This document shows positions 1 through 9,702 of a DNA stretch of 64,000 bases, one piece after another. A model generated the notes under the pieces. It made no database searches. It saw only the letters and a list, made by a program, of their open reading frames with translations, and had not been told where the DNA came from. The stretch's first letter is position 1, and each line of letters starts with the position of its first letter. This stretch comes from Candidatus Gorgyraea atricola (GTDB lineage Bacteria > Omnitrophota > Gorgyraeia > Gorgyraeales > Gorgyraeaceae): contig JAVCCW010000010.1 of assembly GCA_030765235.1 (NCBI GenBank), positions 30,907-94,906 on the forward strand, read 5' to 3'. A program made the translations under genes and the position numbers.

Positions 1-300
1 AGTAGTCTTGTATCCGCTTTTCCACTCGCCAATATCTTCCTTTATAGCCTCTAGCCTTGACAGGACTTTCCTGGTCTCTATCTTGTTTTCATCAGCTGTG
101 TTCTCTAAAGCTATGTAAAGCTTTTTTAAGTCTTTCTCCATCTCTTTAAATTTATCTATGGCAAACCTGGTCCGGCTATCGAGATAAGCTGTTTTTTCTT
201 TATAGTCAGTATAAACAAAATAGCCCGCGACATAACCAGCGCCTATTGAGAAAAAGATCACCATTGTTAATAATCCACTCGCTAACTTTGCATTCTTCAT
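1..300 (-). CDS. Partial CDS (C-terminus runs off window start): N-terminal single-TM anchored protein with Lys/Glu-rich coiled-coil-like region
   Basis: ATG at 298-300 (minus); reading frame open to position 1 with no stop; translation MKNAKLASGLLTMVIFFSIGAGYVAGYFVYTDYKEK... shows hydrophobic TM then charged repeats. Not in ORF track because truncated. Confidence 0.4.
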   Translation of the reverse strand, partial: MKNAKLASGLLTMVIFFSIGAGYVAGYFVYTDYKEKTAYLDSRTRFAIDKFKEMEKDLKKLYIALENTADENKIETRKVLSRLEAIKEDIGEWKSGYKTT

Positions 301-374
301 ATACCTACCCTCTATTTAATGTATTATAATATATTAACAGCTATTATTCAAGCAAATCTATAGAATGACCTCGT

Positions 375-1004
375 CTAACGGCTGTTTGACCATTTTTTGA
401 TGAGATCCTTTATGGCCTCTTCTATGCGGAAGAATTCTTTGCGGGCTATCCATTCTTTTTTAAATATGCTGGCGCCGATGGCAACTGCTGATACGCCGCT
501 GTCAAAGAATGATTTAATGGTATTGGGGGTTACCCCGCCGCACGCGAGAAGCTTGATATTCTTGAAAGGCGCTTTTATCTCCTTAAAATAACCAGGTCCA
601 AAGAATTTAGCTGGGAATACCTTTACCATTGTAGCGCCTGCGCGATGGGCATTGTATATCTCCTGCGGCGTAAATGCGCCAGGAAATACAGGGATCTTGT
701 GCTTTACGCAATATTCTACGACATCCTTTACCAGCGTCGGTAAAACTATAAATGTCGCGCCGGCATCCAGGGCCTTATGCAGCTCTCTCATAGTAAGTAC
801 TGTACCTGCGCCTATTGTTAGACGCTTGCCAGCCACCTTCTTCATGCGCTGGATCGATTTAGGCGCATTGGTTGTATTCATCGTGATCTCGACTGTCTTA
901 AGACCGGAAGAGATTATAGTTTTAGTAAGAGGCTTTATCGCATCTAGCTTCACATCCCGCAATATCCCCATGATCGGAAGTTTTTTAAACTTAGTTACGT
1001 TCAT
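375..1004 (-). CDS. eda: 2-dehydro-3-deoxyphosphogluconate (KDPG) / 4-hydroxy-2-oxoglutarate aldolase
   Basis: 209 aa; TIM-barrel aldolase signature with Schiff-base lysine context GATMVKVFPA, GxGTV and CGGV motifs typical of Eda family. Confidence 0.8.
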   Translation of the reverse strand: MNVTKFKKLPIMGILRDVKLDAIKPLTKTIISSGLKTVEITMNTTNAPKSIQRMKKVAGKRLTIGAGTVLTMRELHKALDAGATFIVLPTLVKDVVEYCVKHKIPVFPGAFTPQEIYNAHRAGATMVKVFPAKFFGPGYFKEIKAPFKNIKLLACGGVTPNTIKSFFDSGVSAVAIGASIFKKEWIARKEFFRIEEAIKDLIKKWSNSR

Positions 1005-1007
1005 AAT

Positions 1008-1952
1008 TTATTCCACAATGGTTAGGCTTTCGTAAAATTCGCGATAATTCTCTTTTTTCTCACTCTTGCGCAATGCCATGGCTGCCTTTGGGTGTTCATT
1101 CATCATGCCGGATATGGCATAAGGAATTATGTAGCCCCATTCGATTTTCTTTCTTAGGGGGATAAACTCGTTTGATATCAGATCTAGTATAGGTCGTATA
1201 TCAAACTTTGGATTCTTCAGAAACCCCATCAATAGCTCTAACGGGCAGTTTCCTGCTGCTCGGCCAATACCATATACAGTGCCGTCCAGATAATTCGCGT
1301 CATGGATGATCGCCTCGATTGTATTGCCAAATGCCAACTGCTGGTGGTTATGCCCATGGAACCCTACTTCTCTTGTCTTGAGAATAGATCTGGCCTTTTT
1401 AACTAAATGCTCTACTGGCTCCTGGTACAATGCCCCGAAACTATCCACGATATAGACGACATCGACCTTGCTCTCTTTTTCTATCTGGTGAAGCGCTTCA
1501 TCCAGCTCTGGCCCCTGGTCCCTTGAAATAGCCATGATATTAATGGTGGTCTCGTAGCCCTTTTCAGCAAAATCATTCACCATGCATATGGCCTTGTCTA
1601 TATCCTTTACGTAAGAAGCGACCCTCATCATATCCACAGGGCTCTCGGATTTAGGTTTTACAGCTTCCATATCCACGCGGCCAACATCAGTCATCACGGA
1701 GATCTTTGTCCTTGACTCTATACCATCTATTATCTTACGTATCTCATCGTCCTCGCAAAATTTCCACAAGCCATATTCCTTGGATGAAAAGAACTTTTTG
1801 GAATTTTTATAGCCCATCTCCATATAATCCACGCCTGATGCTGAAATAGCCTTATACACCTCGCGGACAAACCTCTGGTCAAACTGGTGATTATTAATAA
1901 GTCCGCCATCCCGAATCGTACAATCCAACACCCTTATCTTCTCTCTATACAT
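1008..1952 (-). CDS. DRE-TIM metallolyase family protein (HMGL-like / pyruvate carboxyltransferase domain; 4-hydroxy-2-oxoacid aldolase-like)
   Basis: 314 aa; N-terminal LDCTIRDGG motif characteristic of DRE-TIM metallolyases; HxH metal-ligand region (GFHGHNH). Confidence 0.6.
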   Translation of the reverse strand: MYREKIRVLDCTIRDGGLINNHQFDQRFVREVYKAISASGVDYMEMGYKNSKKFFSSKEYGLWKFCEDDEIRKIIDGIESRTKISVMTDVGRVDMEAVKPKSESPVDMMRVASYVKDIDKAICMVNDFAEKGYETTINIMAISRDQGPELDEALHQIEKESKVDVVYIVDSFGALYQEPVEHLVKKARSILKTREVGFHGHNHQQLAFGNTIEAIIHDANYLDGTVYGIGRAAGNCPLELLMGFLKNPKFDIRPILDLISNEFIPLRKKIEWGYIIPYAISGMMNEHPKAAMALRKSEKKENYREFYESLTIVE

Positions 1953-1996
1953 CTCTATCTCCTTCTTGTTAACTTTGCCGTTCTGTCAAAAAATAT

Positions 1997-2055
1997 ACCA
2001 CAGAGTGCATAGAGATTTTTTTAAATTATAATTTTCTCTGTGTCCTCTGTGGTTT
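1997..2055. promoter_or_regulatory. Conserved palindromic intergenic element (CCACAGAG-N-CACAGAG ... CTCTGTG-N-CTCTGTGG) with AT-rich loop containing TATAAT; copy 1
   Basis: Near-identical (about 85%) to element at 6758-6819; both sit between stop of one minus-strand gene and start of next; loop contains a -10-like hexamer on both strands. Confidence 0.5.
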
Positions 2056-2072
2056 GTTTTTGTGGTTTCTTT

Positions 2073-3053
2073 TTAGGGTAATAAAACTACTTTTAGAGAT
2101 TCTTGGGCATCTGAAAGGATCTTAAAGCCCTTTTGAATCTCGTCTAATGGTAGTTTATGCGTTATCATACCTTTTGCATCTATTTTTTTGCTCTTAATTA
2201 AATCCAGGGCCTCTTTTAAATCACGCGGCGCTGCTCCATAGGATGAAGCCAGGGTTATCTCATTCCTCCAGAAAACCGCGGTCGGTACCTGAATATCCTT
2301 ATCAGGTATTGCGAAAAGCAGTATCGCGCCTTTTCTATCTACAGAGTTAAAAGCCTGTTCAATTGCCTGATACGCGCCAGCACAAACAATAACTCTATCT
2401 GCCTTTACGTTTAGTTTTTCTTCTTTTACATCTACGACAATATCCGCGCCAAACTCTTTTGCCTTCTTCAATCTGTATTTATTTATATCTGTTGCAATAA
2501 CCTTTGCGCCCTTTGATTTAGCCAGCCAGATGTTCAGGAGTCCAGAAACGCCACTTCCTAAAACCAGCACTATCTGACCCTTCTTGACTCCAATAACGCG
2601 CTGACCTCGTACAGCACAGGCCAGTGGCTCTATCATCGTGCCTTCTTCGCAACTAACGCCTTCCGGCAATACATACGTGCCTCTTTCAACGTTTTCCTTT
2701 GGTACCCTGATGAATTCGCTGTAGCCGCCAGGCTCATAATTGCCTTTGTGCAATGTCTCGCATGCAGTATGATTATCATCTGCGCAATATTTACATCTAT
2801 TACAAGGCACATGGTGACTTACAAAAACTCTCTGTCCTGCTTTATATTTTTTTGAATTTGACTCGACGATCTCACCAGCTATCTCATGGCCTAAAATACG
2901 CGGCGCCTTTTTAATCCTATACCACTCCATGGCATCTGTACCGCAAATCCCAGACGCCATCACCCTGACCAGGATCTCGCCTTGTTTGATCTGAGGCCTA
3001 TCTCTTTCCTCTATCCTGATATCGCTATTGTTATAATAAACCGCTACTTTCAC
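2073..3053 (-). CDS. Zn-dependent alcohol dehydrogenase, MDR superfamily (sorbitol/threonine dehydrogenase-like)
   Basis: 326 aa; catalytic Zn motif GHEIAGEIVE, structural Zn Cys cluster (CNRCKYCADDNHTAC), Rossmann GxGxxG (LGSGVSG). Confidence 0.8.
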   Translation of the reverse strand: MKVAVYYNNSDIRIEERDRPQIKQGEILVRVMASGICGTDAMEWYRIKKAPRILGHEIAGEIVESNSKKYKAGQRVFVSHHVPCNRCKYCADDNHTACETLHKGNYEPGGYSEFIRVPKENVERGTYVLPEGVSCEEGTMIEPLACAVRGQRVIGVKKGQIVLVLGSGVSGLLNIWLAKSKGAKVIATDINKYRLKKAKEFGADIVVDVKEEKLNVKADRVIVCAGAYQAIEQAFNSVDRKGAILLFAIPDKDIQVPTAVFWRNEITLASSYGAAPRDLKEALDLIKSKKIDAKGMITHKLPLDEIQKGFKILSDAQESLKVVLLP

Positions 3054-3829
3054 TTTTTCTTATATATTTTAAATGCCTCTTTGACAGACGCATTTTCATG
3101 CACGATCGCTCGAACAGCCTTTATCATGCCGATTGGATTATCTGACTGAAATATGTTCCTTCCCATGTCCACACCTACTGCTCCGGAGCTTATCGCGTTC
3201 TTGGCCATCTGGAGCGCCTTTTTCTCTTCTATCTTTTTTCCTCCTGCTATTATAACAGGTACATTGCCGCACGCCTTTACGACCTTATCAAATCCAGGCT
3301 CGCAATAATATGTCTTTACTATATGCGCGCCTATCTCTACGCAGATCCTTGAGGCTAGGGCCAGATACCTGGAATCCCTTACCAGGGCCTTGCCAACAGC
3401 TGTTACAGCCAAAACAGGGATACCATAACCCGCGCCTTCATTGATAATCTTTGAAAGATTGCCAATAGTCTCTTTCTCATGCTCTCCTCCTATAAAAGCA
3501 GAGCATGTGATTGCCGAAGCATTTATCCTGATCGCATCTTCAATCGAAGTAGTGATTATCTCGTTCGATAGCTCCTTCAATATACTCTGCCCACCTGAAA
3601 CCCTGAGCACAATTGGCAGGTCCACTGATGAGGAGATCCAATTTCTTAAAGCGCCTCTAGTGATCATTAGGGCCTCTGCATAAGGCAATAAAGGACTGAC
3701 TGTCTTGCCTAAATCCTGCAACCCCGTAGTAGGTCCCTGAAAATAACCATGATCAACTGCCAGCATAACACATCGTTTTGTCTTTGGATTAATTATCCTT
3801 GAAAGCCTGTTCTCCATACCCCATTCCAT
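3050..3829 (-). CDS. Class I aldolase, DhnA/FbaB family (fructose-bisphosphate aldolase / ADH-synthase-like)
   Basis: 259 aa; LAVDHGYFQGP N-terminal motif and Schiff-base lysine context HIVKTYY typical of archaeal-type class I aldolases. Confidence 0.7.
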   Translation of the reverse strand: MEWGMENRLSRIINPKTKRCVMLAVDHGYFQGPTTGLQDLGKTVSPLLPYAEALMITRGALRNWISSSVDLPIVLRVSGGQSILKELSNEIITTSIEDAIRINASAITCSAFIGGEHEKETIGNLSKIINEGAGYGIPVLAVTAVGKALVRDSRYLALASRICVEIGAHIVKTYYCEPGFDKVVKACGNVPVIIAGGKKIEEKKALQMAKNAISSGAVGVDMGRNIFQSDNPIGMIKAVRAIVHENASVKEAFKIYKKK

Positions 3830-3890
3830 ACCATACCTCCCCTATGTGCTATATAGCTCAATAATAGGATATATATTATACCTTAAATTA

Positions 3891-4418
3891 TTATCGCTTG
3901 TAAAGTCCGATTAGTTCTGCTTGGGTAAGAATGTGGCCTTGCATTGCCTTTTCAAGATCTCTCTTTCTGGCGTTATCTCGCAGATCGATCTCAGTATCCA
4001 ATGCATACAGCTTGAAGAAGTAGCGGTGTACACCTGAGGGTGGACACGGACCTCCGTAATTTTTTCTACCAAAGTCATTCATGGCCTCTTGCCCTGGGAT
4101 GCTGTTCTCTTCTATGCTGGAGACAACTGGTATGTTGTACACGACCCAGTGCACCCATGTGCCCATTGGCGCGTCTGGATCATCTACTATCAATGCAAGC
4201 GTCTTTGCCTCCCCAGGAACACCCTCAATGACTAGCAAAGGGTTGATGTCTTCGCCCTGACAGGTAAATCTCTTTGGTATAAAACTATTATTTTCAAACT
4301 CAGGGCTGGTAATCTTCATGTCTATAGCCTCCTCTGCTCCACAAGGAGCCATAAATATAAAAATGCCTATAAAAAATACGAAAAGAATTTTATTCATTAG
4401 GCGCAGATAGTATGTCAA
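3891..4418 (-). CDS. YbhB/YbcL family Raf-kinase-inhibitor-like (PEBP) protein, secreted
   Basis: 175 aa; signal peptide; PEBP core motifs DPDAP and GGPCPPSGVHRYFFKLYALD. Confidence 0.7.
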   Translation of the reverse strand: MTYYLRLMNKILFVFFIGIFIFMAPCGAEEAIDMKITSPEFENNSFIPKRFTCQGEDINPLLVIEGVPGEAKTLALIVDDPDAPMGTWVHWVVYNIPVVSSIEENSIPGQEAMNDFGRKNYGGPCPPSGVHRYFFKLYALDTEIDLRDNARKRDLEKAMQGHILTQAELIGLYKR

Positions 4419-5670
4419 ATATCGTCTTTATGATAGCTTGAGCTGGCTCTACTTCCTGTTGTCTTTGTTCACTCCCTTCAGATCCTGCTTCTGTTTCCTG
4501 TTGAGGGTCTTCTTTTCTAAAAATAGCCTTTAGTAATTCCTGGCCAGTTGAAACAGCAAGCTTTTCTATTACATAATCAATATCAGGCTTTATCGACATA
4601 TCACCAAGACTACCTCCGACATGAACAGGCATTGTTATCAGGCCTTGTGAATTCTGCAAATAGCTTAGCTCATAAACTGCGTCAACGCATGCCTCTGAAA
4701 GATCTTTAGGTATAAACAGTTCTGAATCCATATCAAGCCTTCCCCTGAGATCCAGATAACCGCTAGCCACTAGATAAAAAACATCTGACTCAATAGTAGT
4801 CTTCTTAAGAAATACCTTCCCATCCTTCATATCAAGATACCCTTTAATAGGCCTAAAAGAGGTATGATTGTCTTTTAAGAGCCCGCTGTAGTGTTCTGGC
4901 AGCTTGTTTTTTAACTTATACACAAGCCCGGGTAATATATTCTCGAGTCTTTCAAAAGCAACCACTAAAAGATTCATGTTCTTAAGCGCTGCCTTGTCCA
5001 GCTTTATACTGGCCCTGGCTGAAAGCGTATCAAGTAGCTTACGCACATCCAATCCTCTTGCTGAAAGATCCGCGTCTATTTCGAGCATACCTTCAAAGCG
5101 CGGAGCGCCTGGCCCAACATCTGGCAGAAACATGGAAACATCCATGCCCTGCAGCATGATCTCCATATCTGAATCCTGACTAGAAGACAAATTCCTTACA
5201 ATACCTTTGATAAAAAAAGCTCCTCCAGCAATAGACCCGGTAAGGCGGTTTATAATCAGGTTTTCTTCTGATATCTTTGCCCTTAATTCAACATCCTTAA
5301 AGCTATCCTTCAAGGGAAATCTATTCCCAAATTGCACATCAAGGACCTTGATAAACAGCCTATCTATCTGCAGCTTCCTCTTGATAAGCGGCAATATCCT
5401 TATGCGCGCCTCTATAGACACTGCCTCCATCATCGCATTAGACCAGGTCTTTTCTCTATCCTTTACAGAAATCTCATCTACCATAAGCGCCAGGCCTGGA
5501 AAAAAACTCAATGACACATCGTCTATCCTGACATCTTTATCTATCATCTCTTCTATTTTTTCTACTAAGATTCCTTTGTATTCATTAGGGTCAAATGTCA
5601 ATAGATACACTAAAGCGCCCACAACAACAACTATAAAAAGCAATACCACTATTATGAAAAATATCTTCAT
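4390..5670 (-). CDS. AsmA-like / DUF748-type membrane-anchored protein
   Basis: 426 aa; single N-terminal TM helix then long periplasmic domain; composition and layout resemble AsmA family; acidic Glu/Gln-rich tail. Confidence 0.4.
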   Translation of the reverse strand: MKIFFIIVVLLFIVVVVGALVYLLTFDPNEYKGILVEKIEEMIDKDVRIDDVSLSFFPGLALMVDEISVKDREKTWSNAMMEAVSIEARIRILPLIKRKLQIDRLFIKVLDVQFGNRFPLKDSFKDVELRAKISEENLIINRLTGSIAGGAFFIKGIVRNLSSSQDSDMEIMLQGMDVSMFLPDVGPGAPRFEGMLEIDADLSARGLDVRKLLDTLSARASIKLDKAALKNMNLLVVAFERLENILPGLVYKLKNKLPEHYSGLLKDNHTSFRPIKGYLDMKDGKVFLKKTTIESDVFYLVASGYLDLRGRLDMDSELFIPKDLSEACVDAVYELSYLQNSQGLITMPVHVGGSLGDMSIKPDIDYVIEKLAVSTGQELLKAIFRKEDPQQETEAGSEGSEQRQQEVEPAQAIIKTIFDILSAPNE

Positions 5671-5673
5671 GGA

Positions 5674-6759
5674 TTAACGTAACTCCTTCAGGCTCATTAA
5701 CAACTCGTTCTTTCTCTCTGAATAAGCAATGGCTGTTTCTTTTGTTATCCGCTTTTCCTTGTGTAGACATAGCAACACTTGATCAAATGTCTGCATGCCG
5801 TACAGGCTGCCATCCTTTATATAGTACTCTATCTCGTCTAGCTTACCTTCCCTGATCAGCTCCACTATAGTAGGTGTAGGGATAAGGACTTCAGTTGCAG
5901 GGACGCGACCCCCTTCGTCCTTTAAGGGAATCAGCCTTAAAGACAAAACGCCTTTTAGAAGCATTGATAACTGCATCCTTACTTCAGCATGCTGGTGCGG
6001 CTGGAAAAAATTAACTATCCTTTCTATGGTATGAACGCTGCTTATTGTATGTAGATTTGCTATCACCAGCTGCCCTGTCTCAGCAGCTGTCAGGGCAATT
6101 GACATAACCTGTGAGTTCCTTATGTCGCCTATAAAAATAACGTCGGGCGTCTGCAGCATGATGTATTCAAGCGCCTTCTGAAAACTCTCAGTATCTATGC
6201 CTATCTCTCTCTGAGTTATGATCGATTTTTTATCTTCATATATAAATTCTATTGGATCCTCAAGTGTAACTATATGCTTGGCCGTGGTCTTATTTATGTA
6301 TTCCAGCATGCTTGCTACTGTGGTAGACTTTCCACTGCCAGTAGTGCCAGTGATCAGTACCAATCCCCGCTTCTCACCACACAGACCCTCCAGTACCTTT
6401 GCTGGCAGATTTAGTTCTGCAAATGAAGGAATTTTTCCGCTGATCGCACGGATCACGACAACCGTAGACCCGCTCTGTTTAAAAATCGTTGCCCGGAATC
6501 TACCTACGTCATCCATACCAAAAGACACTACGCTCTCGTTTTGATCTTTAAAGACGCTTCTCTTGCTTCTGGTTATTATTTTATCCACTATATCATTTAA
6601 ATCCCTATCAGTAAGTATGTCTTTATCCTTAAATAACCCGCCATTGATCCTCATGCACACAGGACTGCCTGGTTTAAGAATAAGGTCTGACGCATTTTTT
6701 TCAAGCATCTCCTTTAATACATGAACAAGATTCATTGAAACACCCCTCGTTAAAAACAA
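5674..6759 (-). CDS. pilT: Type IV pilus retraction ATPase PilT/PilU family
   Basis: 361 aa; Walker A GTTGSGKSTT, Asp box, Walker B and His box arrangement of PilT; N-terminal MSxxELL-like region. Confidence 0.85.
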   Translation of the reverse strand: MFLTRGVSMNLVHVLKEMLEKNASDLILKPGSPVCMRINGGLFKDKDILTDRDLNDIVDKIITRSKRSVFKDQNESVVSFGMDDVGRFRATIFKQSGSTVVVIRAISGKIPSFAELNLPAKVLEGLCGEKRGLVLITGTTGSGKSTTVASMLEYINKTTAKHIVTLEDPIEFIYEDKKSIITQREIGIDTESFQKALEYIMLQTPDVIFIGDIRNSQVMSIALTAAETGQLVIANLHTISSVHTIERIVNFFQPHQHAEVRMQLSMLLKGVLSLRLIPLKDEGGRVPATEVLIPTPTIVELIREGKLDEIEYYIKDGSLYGMQTFDQVLLCLHKEKRITKETAIAYSERKNELLMSLKELR

Positions 6760-6819
6760 ACCACAGAGAACACAGAGATCTTTTTCAATTATAGTTTTCC
6801 TCTGTGCGCTCTGTGGTTT
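6758..6819. promoter_or_regulatory. Conserved palindromic intergenic element (CCACAGAG family), copy 2
   Basis: aaaccacagagaacacagagatctttttcaattatagttttcctctgtgcgctctgtggttt; lies between outer-membrane protein gene stop (6901) and pilT start (6759); minus-strand loop reads TATAAT. Confidence 0.5.
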
Positions 6820-6900
6820 CTTTTAAATCCTTTCATCATAAAAAAGGCGCAACGGATTCTGTAAATCCGCTGCGCCTTAATACTATTCATCTTAACTTAC

Positions 6901-7698
6901 TTAAAACTTGTATGAAATTCCTACGTTCAATGCCTCTTCATCTATGAACCTGCCTTCGATATTGATCGATAGCTGTTCGCTCTGCGGTGTTGCCTCTATC
7001 TTAGGTGTAATAGTTAAGCCTACAAAACCACCCAGATTCCTATCAGAACCCTTGCCTTTGCTGTCACTATACTGCTGAGGAGCAATAGTGTAGTCACTGC
7101 CAAGCTCTACATCTGAAAACTTTAATCCTACGTAAGGAGCAAAGACACCATTCTTCCACGCAAGTTCAACAGCGCCCTGAATCTCTTCATAATCACTGTT
7201 GGTCACATTTGTTAGTTCCGTAGTCGTGTATACTCTCGAATCTACTGTTACATCGTTAACAGCCAGATCCGTCGTCCTATAGCTTGCATTCGCGCCTATC
7301 TCAAAACCGTTATCCCATCGATAGATTAATGCGCTAGCCCCTACGCCAATGATAGCCTCTGAATCATATTTAACGGTGTGCTTTTCTCCCAAGATCGTAT
7401 AATCCAATTCCATGTCTGATGCTTCACCGATATCAACGTAAAGATTAAATCTGTCAAGCATGCTCAAGCCTATCCTGGCCATCACTGCCTGCATTTCAAA
7501 GTCGCCGCTGTCAACATCTATTCTTCTTTCCTGTACAGCATCATAAACAACTCCAACACTCAAGCCGATATTGTTATCTGCCCATAATTCACCTTCTACC
7601 GCATCTGCCTCTGAGGTAAGGCCAACTGGAGCCGCACATACTGTTGCAGCGAAACCAACAACAAACAAAACAGCTAATAAATATTTTACCATCCTCAT
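6901..7698 (-). CDS. Secreted outer-membrane beta-barrel protein (porin/OmpA-like barrel), C-terminal Phe
   Basis: 265 aa; signal peptide (AATVCA-AP); alternating hydrophobic beta-strand pattern; terminal ...GISYKF outer-membrane sorting signature. Confidence 0.5.
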   Translation of the reverse strand: MRMVKYLLAVLFVVGFAATVCAAPVGLTSEADAVEGELWADNNIGLSVGVVYDAVQERRIDVDSGDFEMQAVMARIGLSMLDRFNLYVDIGEASDMELDYTILGEKHTVKYDSEAIIGVGASALIYRWDNGFEIGANASYRTTDLAVNDVTVDSRVYTTTELTNVTNSDYEEIQGAVELAWKNGVFAPYVGLKFSDVELGSDYTIAPQQYSDSKGKGSDRNLGGFVGLTITPKIEATPQSEQLSINIEGRFIDEEALNVGISYKF

Positions 7699-7872
7699 TA
7701 TTTCCTCCTTGAAGTTAATAGATTACTTTATATATTTAACTTTTTTATTATTAGTTGCTTATTTATAGCTTATCCCATGAAGAATACTATTCCATCCCCC
7801 CTTTCTGTCTTGCATAAGATAATCAACGATAGCAATTATTAATTAAGTAGTAGTTTACACGGTGTTTTTAAA

Positions 7873-8565
7873 TTAGTCAAGGGCTATGTATAATTTCTCT
7901 TCTTTTGTCAAAAACCTCCACATGCCCTCTGACAGGTTACCTAAGGTCAACGCCCCTTCCTTTAGCCTCTTTAAGTGCTTAACTGAATAGCCTGTTTCCG
8001 CAAAGATCCTTCTTATCTGCCTCTTTCTGCCCTCATGAATGGTGATCTTAAGGGTCTTGCCTGGCCCCAGCTGAATCTTACACCCTGCAGTACGTCTTCC
8101 GTCTAAAGAAACACCTTCTTCCAGCCTCAGCTTATCCGGAACCACCAGCTTCCTGTTAAGTGTTACAACATATATCTTATCCACCTTAAACCTGGGATGC
8201 GTGAGTCGATTTATTACGCCCCCATCATTCGTTAAAAGCAACAACCCTGTTGTATCTTTATCCAGCCTGCCAACTGGATTTAAATACCTGAATCTGCGCG
8301 GCAAGAGATCCATCACTGTCTTTTCAGCGAATTTGTCCTTCTTGGTAGTTGTGACTCCTTTTGATTTATGCAATATGATGTAGATCTTTTCTTTTGGAAA
8401 AACCCTTTTATCATCAAAATAAACCTTGTCTTCTTCCGAGGTAACCCTGTGCGACGGTTCAAAGACTATACTATTATTAACGCGCACCCTGCCAGACTTT
8501 ATTATATCTACCGCAGACCTTCGAGACGCGACACCTGAGCTTGATAGAAAGACCTGCAAACGCAT
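7873..8565 (-). CDS. Pseudouridine synthase, RsuA/RluB family (S4 + catalytic domain)
   Basis: 230 aa; N-terminal S4 RNA-binding (RLQVFLSSSGVASRRSAVDIIKSGRVRVNN), catalytic GRLDKDTTGLLLLTNDG motif. Confidence 0.8.
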   Translation of the reverse strand: MRLQVFLSSSGVASRRSAVDIIKSGRVRVNNSIVFEPSHRVTSEEDKVYFDDKRVFPKEKIYIILHKSKGVTTTKKDKFAEKTVMDLLPRRFRYLNPVGRLDKDTTGLLLLTNDGGVINRLTHPRFKVDKIYVVTLNRKLVVPDKLRLEEGVSLDGRRTAGCKIQLGPGKTLKITIHEGRKRQIRRIFAETGYSVKHLKRLKEGALTLGNLSEGMWRFLTKEEKLYIALD

Positions 8566-8570
8566 ATCTC

Positions 8571-9644
8571 TTAAAATCCCCAGTTCAGGCTTGTATTAAA
8601 ACTAACGTCAGGGCTGGAGGCAGCGCTGATATTTTCAACAACCGCAAAATTCCACGACACGTCGGTCCTTTCCTTCCACCTATAATTAAAACCCAGGGCC
8701 CAGTCATGCGCGTCATTGTCCAGAGGATTTGTCTGGCTATATGAATAAGGCGTATTGTTGCCGGTCACCTGTGTGACAACAGAAAACCTCTCTGTAAAAA
8801 AATATTCCAGTGCCAGCATGTAAGAATAAAACTCCTGATCGATACCCAGCACTGAGAAAACATCGGGCTTTTCTATTCTCATGACACTGGCACCCGTGTA
8901 GACAAAAAGCCTGTCAAAGAATCTCTTATCTATTAAAATGCCAAAACCATAATCGAATTCGCCGCTCCCGATCAAATCATCCTCATCAGCTGTTGGAAAC
9001 TTGATCGCTGAGCGCACTGATATATTTGGAAAGAGCCAATGCCACTCGCTTTCCCTTAGCAGCTGATATTTAGCAGTTAGCACGACATCACCCAGGCCAT
9101 GCGTAGAAGTCTTTTGTTGTATGAGGTAGTTGCCGGGACCATACTTGAAACTGTAATCGAATTCGTACGACCCTTGACGCTCTCTTGAGCGAGGCGTCCT
9201 TGCTCCAATTCCATCCTCAAAGCCTTCTATAGCATTATCCAGATATCCACTGCACAGGCCTATATAAGGAACCTCTAATCCGATTTCCAGATTATCGTAA
9301 ACACCATACCTGAAATCAAGCGTGATCCTCTGGACCTCTAAGTCGATCTGGATGTCATAAAAAGATGAGATCGGCGTAAACGCGCTTACAGTGATGTTTG
9401 AAACAGTATAATCCGCATCTATTACAAATCTATTTCTCTCTACAACGCTTGCCTTGTCCGGCACCATCTGTAAATAGAAAAGATATAGCGGCATTTGATT
9501 TCGTATGGCTACCGGGCCGATCCCTGATACCTGATAAGATTCCTCATCTTCTTCTGGTTCATATAAATATGCAAAAGCACTGTCCAAAGACAAAAAACAA
9601 CTGACAAAAAACAACACCACGATAGCTGCCAAAAATACCTTCAT
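8571..9644 (-). CDS. Outer-membrane beta-barrel protein (start refined to MKVFLAAIVVLFF... signal peptide), C-terminal NWGF
   Basis: ORF track start at 9785 gives a non-signal N-extension; internal ATG at 9644 gives a classical signal peptide; C-terminal aromatic residue. Confidence 0.45.
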   Translation of the reverse strand: MKVFLAAIVVLFFVSCFLSLDSAFAYLYEPEEDEESYQVSGIGPVAIRNQMPLYLFYLQMVPDKASVVERNRFVIDADYTVSNITVSAFTPISSFYDIQIDLEVQRITLDFRYGVYDNLEIGLEVPYIGLCSGYLDNAIEGFEDGIGARTPRSRERQGSYEFDYSFKYGPGNYLIQQKTSTHGLGDVVLTAKYQLLRESEWHWLFPNISVRSAIKFPTADEDDLIGSGEFDYGFGILIDKRFFDRLFVYTGASVMRIEKPDVFSVLGIDQEFYSYMLALEYFFTERFSVVTQVTGNNTPYSYSQTNPLDNDAHDWALGFNYRWKERTDVSWNFAVVENISAASSPDVSFNTSLNWGF

Positions 9645-9702
9645 CCATAACCTCCGCGATCTTGAAAATGGTCTAATTATATGGTATACTTGTATTAGCC
9701 GA

